A stretch of 64,000 bases of DNA from an uncultured candidate division Zixibacteria bacterium (GTDB lineage Bacteria; Zixibacteria; MSB-5A5; UBA10806; 4484-95), in NCBI GenBank assembly GCA_963668625.2, contig CAXXKA010000008.1, positions 384,001 through 448,000 of the forward strand, written 5' to 3'. The position numbers and the translations under genes are program-made. This document shows positions 31,488 through 40,223 of the stretch, one piece after another. Numbering within the stretch: the stretch's first letter is position 1; every line of letters begins with the position of its first letter. The notes below the pieces were generated by a model. The model was not told the origin of the DNA and made no database searches. It was given only the letters and a program-made list of their open reading frames with translations.

Positions 31488-31787
31488 ATGAAATTCTTCG
31501 GCTGGGCTTCAAAAAACCATATAAATAGAGTTAAGCCACCGGGTAGCAACGGCTTATTCTTGGATATGGCCGCCAAAGGGCGGTTTTATACGATGCTTGG
31601 TCTTGAGGGTGGTCAACGCTTTCGGGAGAAAATTTACTCAATGGGCCTCAACCCCGGGGCAAAATTCAAAATTATCCAAAATTCAGGGAGTGGCCCGATC
31701 GAATTAGAGGTACGTCAAACCAAACTGGCTATCGGACGGGGCATGGCATCCAGGATAAAGATTAGAGAAAATGGAACGCCAGGATAA
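31488..31787 (+). CDS. feoA: Ferrous iron transport protein A
   Basis: SMGLNPG...GPIELEVRQTKLAIGRGMASRI. Confidence 0.9.
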   Translation: MKFFGWASKNHINRVKPPGSNGLFLDMAAKGRFYTMLGLEGGQRFREKIYSMGLNPGAKFKIIQNSGSGPIELEVRQTKLAIGRGMASRIKIRENGTPG

Positions 31788-33957
31788 AAACCACGGCCAA
31801 GGCCTAAAAAAGAATATTGTAGTAGCTCTAGCCGGAAATCCCAACTCGGGCAAAACGACCATTTTCAACAATCTCACCGGCTCCAACCAGCATGTCGGTA
31901 ATTTCCCCGGCGTAACGGTTGAGAAAAAAGAGGGATTCCTTAACCACAACAGCTACAGAATCAAACTCGTCGACTTGCCCGGCACCTATTCGCTTTCCTC
32001 CAGTTCCATAGATGAGATAGTCGCGCGTAACATGATTATCGAAGACCACCCGGATATCGTGGTTGATATCGTTGACGCTTCCAATATCGAACGCAATCTA
32101 TATCTCACCACTCAGCTATCCGAATTGGGGCTGCCGCTGATAATCGCATTGAACATGAGCGATTTGGCTCATAAAAACGGTATTAATATCAACCAGAACT
32201 ATTTATCATCCCTGCTACGAATACCGGTCGTGGAAACTGTCGGTACCAAGAAAGCCGGCATGGATGAGCTTCTGGATAAAATTATCGATCTCTACGAGAA
32301 CGGCACTAAAAAGCCGCCGGCAAAAGTGAAATACGGCAAGGATTTTCAAACCGAAATCTGTAAGCTCTGCGACTTGATTCATAAGGATTACAAAGCCACC
32401 AATAGCTATCAAACGAACTGGCTGGCCTTGAAACTTCTGGAGGATGATCCAGAGGTTAAACTCAAACTCAGGAATCATAAATATATTGATGATATCTACA
32501 AGCAGACGGCCGAAAGCATTGGCACGCTTGAAAAGCTCTATAACGAGGATCCGGCGGCGGTAATAACAGAAAAACGCTACGGCTTCATATCGGGCGCTTG
32601 TTCGGAGGCCACAACTATGGCCCCGGAGCGTCGTCATGATGTCTCTGATTCCATCGATTATCTGCTTATTCACCCGAATCTCGGCTTACCGATATTCGCC
32701 GGGCTTATGTGGCTGATGTTTCATCTGACATTCACTCTTGGAGAAAAACCGATGGAGTGGATAGAATGGGGTATAGGGCAGCTCTCGGCAAGCGTGTCAA
32801 ATATACTCCCCGAGGGTTTATTCAGCTCCCTGATTGTTGATGGTATAATCGCGGGCGTTGGCGGAGTGGTCGTGTTTCTACCTAATATAATGATACTATT
32901 TTTAGCTATCGCCATATTGGAAAGCTCCGGTTATATGTCACGGGCGGCATTCGTGATGGATAGAATCATGCATAAAATCGGTCTTCACGGTAAAAGCTTT
33001 ATCCCCATGATTATCGGGTTTGGCTGTTCGGTACCTGCCTATATGGGGAGCCGCATTATTGATGATCGAACTGATCGCCTGATAACCATGCATGTCACGA
33101 CTTTCATGAGTTGCGGCGCCAGATTGCCCGTTTATATACTCGTTTGCGGCGCTTTCTGGCCAAAACACGCCGGAACAGTAGTATTCGCGATTTACGCCTT
33201 AGGCGTTATCGTAGCTATTTCGATGGTGAAAATCTTGCGCAGTACCCGCTTCAAAGGAATGTCCTCGCCGCTGGTGATGGAGCTGCCTCCGTACCGCGTG
33301 CCTACACTGAGGAGATTGTTCCTGGATATGTGGCAGCGTTCCTGGATGTATCTCCGCAAAGCTGGAACTATCATCCTGGGAATATCTATTATAATGTGGT
33401 TTTTGATGACATTCCCTCAGCGAACAGAGTACAGCGTCAATTACACACAGATGGCCGAGCAGGCAGAGTTAGCTAACAGCAATGGCGAAATTTCTGGTGA
33501 GGAGCTGGCTAAGCTGATTACCAAATACGAAAACGCTATGGCAGCCGAGGAAATGGAGTACAGTTTCGCTGGACGGCTGGGGAAATTCGTCGAGCCGGTG
33601 ATCAAACCGCTAGGTTTCGATTGGCGTCTTGGTATAGCTCTGGTTTCGGGATTTGCTGCTAAAGAGGTGGTTGTCTCAACCATGGGTACGGTTTATGGTA
33701 TCGGTGAGGCGGATGAGGGCTCGGAATCGCTTCGTAGCAGCCTGGCCAATGATCCGGCATATAATAAGTTGATTGCTTTCACTTTTCTGGTTTTCGTGCT
33801 ATTATATATGCCTTGCATGGCTGCAATGGTGGTATTTTTGCGAGAAACGGGCAAATGGAGCGAGTTTTTCTATCAATTACTTTATACCGGCGGTTTAGCC
33901 TATGGCATCTCACTGATAATTTATCAGGGCGGTAAACTGCTAGGGTTTGGAGGATAA
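31771..33957 (+). CDS. feoB: Ferrous iron transport protein B
   Basis: GNPNSGKTT, VGNFPGVTVE, DLPGTYS, GFGCSVPA, AAKEVVVS. Confidence 0.97.
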   Translation: MERQDKNHGQGLKKNIVVALAGNPNSGKTTIFNNLTGSNQHVGNFPGVTVEKKEGFLNHNSYRIKLVDLPGTYSLSSSSIDEIVARNMIIEDHPDIVVDIVDASNIERNLYLTTQLSELGLPLIIALNMSDLAHKNGININQNYLSSLLRIPVVETVGTKKAGMDELLDKIIDLYENGTKKPPAKVKYGKDFQTEICKLCDLIHKDYKATNSYQTNWLALKLLEDDPEVKLKLRNHKYIDDIYKQTAESIGTLEKLYNEDPAAVITEKRYGFISGACSEATTMAPERRHDVSDSIDYLLIHPNLGLPIFAGLMWLMFHLTFTLGEKPMEWIEWGIGQLSASVSNILPEGLFSSLIVDGIIAGVGGVVVFLPNIMILFLAIAILESSGYMSRAAFVMDRIMHKIGLHGKSFIPMIIGFGCSVPAYMGSRIIDDRTDRLITMHVTTFMSCGARLPVYILVCGAFWPKHAGTVVFAIYALGVIVAISMVKILRSTRFKGMSSPLVMELPPYRVPTLRRLFLDMWQRSWMYLRKAGTIILGISIIMWFLMTFPQRTEYSVNYTQMAEQAELANSNGEISGEELAKLITKYENAMAAEEMEYSFAGRLGKFVEPVIKPLGFDWRLGIALVSGFAAKEVVVSTMGTVYGIGEADEGSESLRSSLANDPAYNKLIAFTFLVFVLLYMPCMAAMVVFLRETGKWSEFFYQLLYTGGLAYGISLIIYQGGKLLGFGG

Positions 33958-33958
33958 T

Positions 33959-34150
33959 ATGCTTGAATATATCGTTATTTTTGTGATAGTTGGTATTGCA
34001 GGTTTATTTACTCTAAGGAGGCTCGTTAAAGATGCCAGTGGATCTCATCGTGAGAGCTGCGCGTGTGAATGCAACACACAGTCCAAAGTGCGGGAAATAG
34101 CTGATCTCGCCGACAAAACCAGCAAAAAGCATGTGATAGGCAAAAGCTGA
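33959..34150 (+). CDS. FeoB-associated Cys-rich small membrane protein
   Basis: Single TM followed by SCACEC; RBS ggagg; directly after feoB. Confidence 0.75.
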   Translation: MLEYIVIFVIVGIAGLFTLRRLVKDASGSHRESCACECNTQSKVREIADLADKTSKKHVIGKS

Positions 34151-34159
34151 GGGAGTATT

Positions 34160-34615
34160 ATGACTGATCAAAAGCAAAGCCCGATAATCGGACAGCTCTC
34201 GGAGAGCCTTGAGGATTATATCGAGATTATATATGAGCTGATCGAAAGCCAGAAAGTTGCCCGGATACGGGATATCGCCAAAGCCAAGCAGGTTAAGATG
34301 TCCTCGGTTGTCAGCGCGCTGAAACGTCTGACCAACGAGGGGCTGGTAAAATACGAGGCGCATGAGTTCGTGGAGCTGACCGAGCCGGGGGTTGACCTGG
34401 CCCAGCGGTTATTACGCCGTCATAAATTCCTCACCAATTTCTTAGTTGATATACTTCGAATAGACCCGAAGATTGCCGAGAACGATGCCTGCCAGATGGA
34501 GCACGCGATCAGCATAGAGACGATGTCACGGATTTACGAGTTCGGCGAGTTCATAAAAGAGCACAGCGATTCATTCGAGGGGCTGGTAGAGCGGTTTAAG
34601 GGGAAATTCAAGTAA
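34160..34615 (+). CDS. DtxR/MntR family metal-dependent repressor
   Basis: SLEDYIEIIY, RRHKFL..FL, DACQMEH. Confidence 0.93.
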   Translation: MTDQKQSPIIGQLSESLEDYIEIIYELIESQKVARIRDIAKAKQVKMSSVVSALKRLTNEGLVKYEAHEFVELTEPGVDLAQRLLRRHKFLTNFLVDILRIDPKIAENDACQMEHAISIETMSRIYEFGEFIKEHSDSFEGLVERFKGKFK

Positions 34616-34855
34616 CCCGGCAAAAGTAGGTCAAGTCCACTCGGGACTTGATTAACCCGCGTTGATAATAACAAACGCGAATCGCATTAAATCGGTAGAC
34701 AATTATACTCAAGCAGAGCATTATTAAATGATATTACTTAAGGCTTATCAATAAATTGAAAGATCTATAGACATCCTTGTCGTAGAATTGGAAATGTAAT
34801 CAATCAATGAATCGATTACGAAAACCACCTGAAAATAGCAGCAGGAGAAAATAAA

Positions 34856-35460
34856 ATGCAACGTCAACCATTAATGCATGAGCGGGTGTTCGATGATCCA
34901 GAGTTCGCCCGCATGTATGCTAAAAAACATGAAACGATGGGACGCCGTCTGGGTAAGTCCGTAGTCGGGCGCGATCTGGTAGCCCGCGGTTTCGAGGGGG
35001 GCGGATTCTCGATAACGGCTGCGGGCCCGGTTTCATGTTGATCGAGCTGTTGAAACTCTTCCCCGAGTCCGAGGGGATCGGTATCGATTTATCGGAGCCT
35101 CTTCTGAAAGTAGGCGAGCATGTGGCTTACGAGGAGGGGCTGTCGGGGCGCGTGAAATTCGAAACCGCCGATGTCGAGAACCTTCCCTACGAGGACGACT
35201 CATTCGATTGCGTGGTCAGCACCAACATGCTGCATATAGTGGAAAACCCGGTAAAGCAGCTTGATGAGATCGAGCGGGTGCTCAAACCCGATGGTATCAT
35301 GTTTATCGCTGATATCAAGCGCTCGTGGTTTGTCAGCCTGTTCGAGAAAGTCTCGAAAACGGCGTTCACAATGACTGAGGCCGGCGAGATCTTCGCGAAA
35401 TCGAATATACGCGAGGGCAAACTGGGGAATGGTTTTGTGTGGTGGGAGTATAAGGCGTAG
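34856..35460 (+). CDS. Class I SAM-dependent methyltransferase (frameshift at G6, 34996-35001)
   Basis: One extra G restores RILDNGCGPGFML and joins the two ORFs; GIDLS, ADVENLPYEDDSFD, RVLKPDG. Confidence 0.85.
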
Positions 35461-36096
35461 TCTATAATCAAAAACGTTAAAAAGGTTTTCCAAATTGTGG
35501 GGCTGTTTTTAGTTTTATACCATAATATATAGTATTGTATCGGTTGCTATTTTAAATTTATATTTAAATATTTCTTCTCACTTCAAATGGGAGTTTAATT
35601 TGTCATAGCAATTCAAGATAATTAGTAATTTTTAAAATCTGCTGATTTCGGGATCCAAAGTATTATTAGGTAATGCTATTTTAAACACCACAAATTTCCC
35701 TTTATATGACTTGGGGGTATTAGTGGTATTTTTAACTAACAATTTTAACCAAGTTAGCAATTCTATGTTTATATAAACCATCATGGTATGTACAGTATAT
35801 TATTATGTATGTTGTCAGTACCATATTGCTGGATAATGTTAGTTAAAGTGTGCTTTGTTGTTGTAATTCGTAATATTCAATTTATATGTTCTTTTAGCTT
35901 GACATACTGAGTAAGTTTTTATATATTAATATTGTATGGCCCTATCGCGGGAGGAAAAAATCAAATTATTTCAAGAAAATCTCTAAGAAGTTAATAAAAT
36001 CGCTATTAGAGCGTGTCCTCTAATATCGCTATTTATTACATCAGATTATATAGGAAGTTTTTAGTTTTTATAAATATTAACAATTAGGGAGGATTT

Positions 36097-36948
36097 ATGT
36101 CGAATTCTAACAAGCCACTGAATTTCTTTGGGGAGCAACTTAAAGATATCAGAATAAAATTAAGCTATACCCAACCAGAACTTGCCAATATTCTAAATGT
36201 TAAAAGACAAACAATATCATCTTGGGAGCAGGGATTAACATCTCCTGATGTAGCAAAATTGTTTGCATTGAAAGAACATGCTGCTTCTGTGGGGCTTAAT
36301 GTTGATTTAGCTGATTTATTTGGCGATACAAAGTTAGATACTGGAGAAACTCCCCTTTCATATTTAATCAAATTCTTTAAGCAATTAGATGATATGGGAT
36401 TAAGAGGAATCTACCATAGTCGAGGCGAGGCCCTTGAATCTTTTCGTTTAGCTTTAGAGCGTGAACATGATTCAATCACGGTTGTGTCCTCATCATTTAC
36501 CGGCGTTCTAAGAGTAGCTAGCGCAAAAATTAGTGAGTTACTAAATAGAAAATCAAAAGAAGTAAGAAGTTTTCGTATTTTAATGACAGAGCCGGAAACA
36601 ATGGGAAGTCTTCGTGAAAAGCAAGAAGGTAGAGCTAAGGGCTCTATAGCTGAGGAAATTAATGAAAATGTAGCAAGACTTATAGAAAATTGGGAGTTAA
36701 ACACAGAAAATATTCGTTTTTATAAAGGCGCTCCAACAGTATTTCTTTTATTTACATCTGAAAGAATGCTCCTTAATCCATATTCTTATCAGACTGAAGC
36801 TTTTAAAACTTTCACGCTGGAAGTTGCTAAAACGGCTTATCTTGATGACATCTACTCACAATACTATGATAACCATTTTTATCGATCTTGGATTGGTAGT
36901 AATAGTATTAGTTACGATGAGTACTTGGAAGATAAAAAGGAAAAATAA
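36097..36948 (+). CDS. XRE HTH protein with C-terminal PLD-fold (DUF5919-like) domain
   Basis: HTH LKDIR..LSYTQPELANILNVKRQTISSWEQG; C-terminus RILMTEP...IRFY...LLNPY...YYDNHFYRSW; RBS ggagg. Confidence 0.78.
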   Translation: MSNSNKPLNFFGEQLKDIRIKLSYTQPELANILNVKRQTISSWEQGLTSPDVAKLFALKEHAASVGLNVDLADLFGDTKLDTGETPLSYLIKFFKQLDDMGLRGIYHSRGEALESFRLALEREHDSITVVSSSFTGVLRVASAKISELLNRKSKEVRSFRILMTEPETMGSLREKQEGRAKGSIAEEINENVARLIENWELNTENIRFYKGAPTVFLLFTSERMLLNPYSYQTEAFKTFTLEVAKTAYLDDIYSQYYDNHFYRSWIGSNSISYDEYLEDKKEK

Positions 36949-37112
36949 CAAATGACTACCAATAAAAAGAAACGTAATCAAGTAAAAACCTATAAAATTT
37001 AAAATTGTCTTAGAGTAGGTTTGTTTTGGGGATAAACTCCCATTTGTGCTATTTGCGCATTTTTTGAGGCTATCTGAGAAAAAGCAAAACAGTACAGGGA
37101 GAGGAGGTAGTT

Positions 37113-37331
37113 TTGCTTTACAATATTTTAATAATCTTTCTTATTTGTATAGTATTGTTAAGCGTGATAATTGGGGGCTTAACCGTAAGACTATACGACA
37201 CCAATGCCAATTTCAGGAATCGAGTAAAGAAAGCATTTAGCAAGAAAAAATTTAAATCGATTATTGGTCTCATTAAAGAAATAATTATCACTATAAAGAA
37301 GTACAGGAATAACAAGGATTGGATTATGTAA
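37113..37331 (+). CDS. Small basic membrane protein (hypothetical)
   Basis: N-terminal hydrophobic helix, Lys-rich tail, upstream ggaggt; AT-rich. Confidence 0.45.
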   Translation: MLYNILIIFLICIVLLSVIIGGLTVRLYDTNANFRNRVKKAFSKKKFKSIIGLIKEIIITIKKYRNNKDWIM

Positions 37332-37461
37332 ACAATGTTCACGATGAGACTAGTTAGATATCACACTATATTTTAGGAATGTGTAATTGTCAAACCAAAT
37401 AATTTTGGGTATTTACTTATTTCTATCTCTTTGTTACCAAATTTAATCTACTATAATTACC

Positions 37462-37488
37462 AAAAAAAGGGGCGCGTTGCCGCACCCC
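37462..37488 (-). terminator. Terminator downstream of flotillin remnant
   Basis: ggggcgcg...cgcacccc stem with A7 on + strand. Confidence 0.6.
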
Positions 37489-37515
37489 ATCAGAATGTTA
37501 CTATCAATATTCTAA

Positions 37516-37870
37516 TCAGCTTTTGTCACTATCACCGGTTATCTCGGCGTCTGTCATCTCCACGCCTACTTTTTTGAGCACACCCGAGATATCGAAACCA
37601 TTGGCTTTCATCTGCTCGAGTAGCTGGAACAGTACCACCGGGCCGGTTTTCGCCAGACGGTTTAACGCGCCGGAATCACCGTTACCGCCATTGCCGCCGC
37701 TATCGACTACCACCAGCTTATCGATATTACCCAGCGGAGCCGTGATCGCGCTGAACACCGAGCCCAGTGCCTCGATTGTCGGCGGTAATGATTTGACCAT
37801 CTCGAGCGCCAGCGCTTTTTCATTGAAATTGCTGTAAGCATCCGAGATTTTGAGCAAAGCCTCCGGCCTT
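37516..37870 (-). pseudogene. 3' remnant of a flotillin/SPFH gene
   Basis: AY..FNEKA...MVKSLP....AITAPLGNIDKLVVVDSGG is the flotillin C-terminus; SPFH domain and start are missing. Confidence 0.75.
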
Positions 37871-38118
37871 AATCCGGAACAGGAGTTCGATTAATATTTC
37901 AACTCCATCGTTGATGATAACTCTCATTCGGCGGGCTGCGGGATAGGTTTCGAGAGGATGATACAGTTTATAATAAAAGCCGATTCGATAAAAGACTGTG
38001 AGTGGTTCCCCAGAAGCCAGAATTTTATAATGCCATGAGGTGGCACCCCTAAAAGGTTATTCGTTATAGAGCCTAAAATTAACTTCGGGAGGATTTGTGA
38101 GGCGGAATGTACGCCGCC

Positions 38119-38814
38119 TCACCCACCCAGCGCCCGATCCACCGCCGCTTTCGCATGCAGCTCGGTCGTGTTAAACACGGGCACCGAAAAATCCGATTGC
38201 TTCACTATTAACGGTATCTCCGTGCAGCCAAGTATCACACCCTCAGAGCCGGCCTCTATCAGGTGGTTGATAATATCGAGAAATACCCGGCGAGACTCAT
38301 CCCGGAAAATACCGCGCGCCAGTTCGTTGTAAATAATATCGTTTATCGCCTTACGACTATCACGCTCCGGTACTATTATCTCCAGGCCATGCTTATCGGT
38401 AAAGCGCCCCTTGATGAAATCCTCCTCCATCGTGAAACGCGTGCCGGTTAAGCCGACTTTCGTCAGGCCCATCTCCTTGACAGCCGAGGCGGTACAGTCG
38501 GCTATATGGAGTACGCTCAGGCCGGTGACAGATTCGATGCGTTCGGCAAATTGATGCATCGTGTTGGCGCCTATGATAATGAAATCCGCGCCGCCGGCCT
38601 TAAGCGATAGCGCTACGGTTTCCATATAGTCACCGAGTTGGTCCCGGCCAACCTTGTTCTGAATCTTTATCACCTCGGCGAAATCGACCGAATGGATAAG
38701 ACATCTAGCCGAATGCCAGCCCCCCAGGCGCGCTTTGACCTCCTCGTTCAATATCCGGTAATACTCTTTGGTAGACTCCCAGGTAACGCCACCCAACAGG
38801 CCAATCAATTTCAT
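38119..38814 (-). CDS. Aspartate/amino-acid racemase (YgeA-like)
   Basis: IGLLGGVTWESTKEYY, ANTMH, ILGCTEIP. Confidence 0.92.
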   Translation of the reverse strand: MKLIGLLGGVTWESTKEYYRILNEEVKARLGGWHSARCLIHSVDFAEVIKIQNKVGRDQLGDYMETVALSLKAGGADFIIIGANTMHQFAERIESVTGLSVLHIADCTASAVKEMGLTKVGLTGTRFTMEEDFIKGRFTDKHGLEIIVPERDSRKAINDIIYNELARGIFRDESRRVFLDIINHLIEAGSEGVILGCTEIPLIVKQSDFSVPVFNTTELHAKAAVDRALGG

Positions 38815-39051
38815 ATAATCCTCCGAGGCTAAAAAGCTTATAGATATCAACCCATGTATTATGGCGAATTTCCCATACTATTTCAATCCAAATATCGCCG
38901 GCTAACATCAAGGGCAATAACCGGTTGAAACACTCCCGCCGCGTAACCCGTTGACTGCCAACGAATGTAATATGTGAAACATCGGTGCGCGGTGGCTGGC
39001 ATTCTTGTTGCAATATACCGGACTAAAAACAAACTTTCAGGAGAGGATAAT

Positions 39052-39597
39052 ATGAGTTGTGACAAATGCAACGGCAACAACAAAGAAGTCAATATCAAAG
39101 TCAAAATCGATGGCGAAGATCATGCGATAGCCTGGAACGAGAACCAGGCCCAGGATGCCGGTTTTCACTCGGTATTCGAAAATAAGGATTTCCCGCTCAG
39201 CGACCTTATCGCTACGGTATTGAAAAAGAATCTGCCGGCCAAAGTCGAATCGAAGAATAACCCGAAATGCCCGACTTGCGGTCTGACATTCCTGGAACTT
39301 CTCGAGGTTGGCCGCATCGGTTGCGCCCATTGTTACGCCGCATTCGGCAGCCAAATGGAGATACTTCTGGAGAAAATTCATGGCTCGGCCATGCATGTCG
39401 GTTTCGTACACGAACGCACCGAGACTTTCAAACCGATACGAAACGAAAGCAAACAAGAGGAACAAGCGCCGGAATTAAGCCGCGAGGATAAGTTGAAAAT
39501 GGAACTTGAAGAGGCGATCGAAAACGAGGACTACGAGAAAGCCGCCAGGATTCGCGATCAGCTTAAAGCGATGGAGACTGCCGACCAAACACTATAA
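39052..39597 (+). CDS. mcsA: McsA-like UVR-domain protein
   Basis: CDKC, CPTCG, GRIGCAHCY, KIHG...H.G and C-terminal EDYEKAARIRDQLK UVR motif; RBS aggagagg. Confidence 0.82.
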   Translation: MSCDKCNGNNKEVNIKVKIDGEDHAIAWNENQAQDAGFHSVFENKDFPLSDLIATVLKKNLPAKVESKNNPKCPTCGLTFLELLEVGRIGCAHCYAAFGSQMEILLEKIHGSAMHVGFVHERTETFKPIRNESKQEEQAPELSREDKLKMELEEAIENEDYEKAARIRDQLKAMETADQTL

Positions 39598-39831
39598 GGC
39601 CTGCACCTCTTTTTCACTCATGATATTGGCTTTGTGGGCAACGCAATCGGGGTGATCTTTGTTAGCGCATTTAACCACTCCGACCGTGAACGATTTCATC
39701 TTATAAAAGCCTTTTTCGGTTTTCACGGGTTTCACTATTTTGGTGAAATTGATCGCGTTCCCGCAGGCCGGGCACACCGCCACATGTTTTTTCTTCGAGG
39801 CCTTGTCGGCAAAGCTTTGTTTTTTCGCCAT
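39592..39831 (-). CDS. Small basic hypothetical protein with CxxC (DUF4295-like)
   Basis: Strong RBS gggaggt; MAKKQSFADK..., CPACG, KIVKPVKTEKGFYK. Confidence 0.75.
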   Translation of the reverse strand: MAKKQSFADKASKKKHVAVCPACGNAINFTKIVKPVKTEKGFYKMKSFTVGVVKCANKDHPDCVAHKANIMSEKEVQAL

Positions 39832-40223
39832 GGGATACCTCCCTGTTTATTAATGCCTCATGACCGGCGCGTTACACGCCAATCACATAAACTATAGCTG
39901 CTTTTAAAAATCTTATAATGCGTACACCTGTGATGCGATTTATTAAGCATAAGTTAAATAAATACGGCTGATTTGTAAAGGGAAAACATAGACAAAATCT
40001 TCTTCTCATCCCTCTGATACAAAAATAAAGGATGATTTTATATATTAATATTTGACTAAAGTGTTAATGCGTGATATAAGTTATATTTAAAGAGGCTGTT
40101 TAAGTTGTTTGTAAATCTGAGGGAGGTGATGCAATGACTTAACAAGGTATTTTCTGATGTTTTGGTCAATCTAATTTATTACGCGTTTTAAATTAACTAT
40201 CAGGGGCTTCCAAAGGAGAGGAT

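Noticed and set aside
34996-35001. Phase variation of the methyltransferase via a G tract
   Set aside because: Tract is short (G6) and the same one-base homopolymer deficit occurs in two other genes, pointing to assembly error
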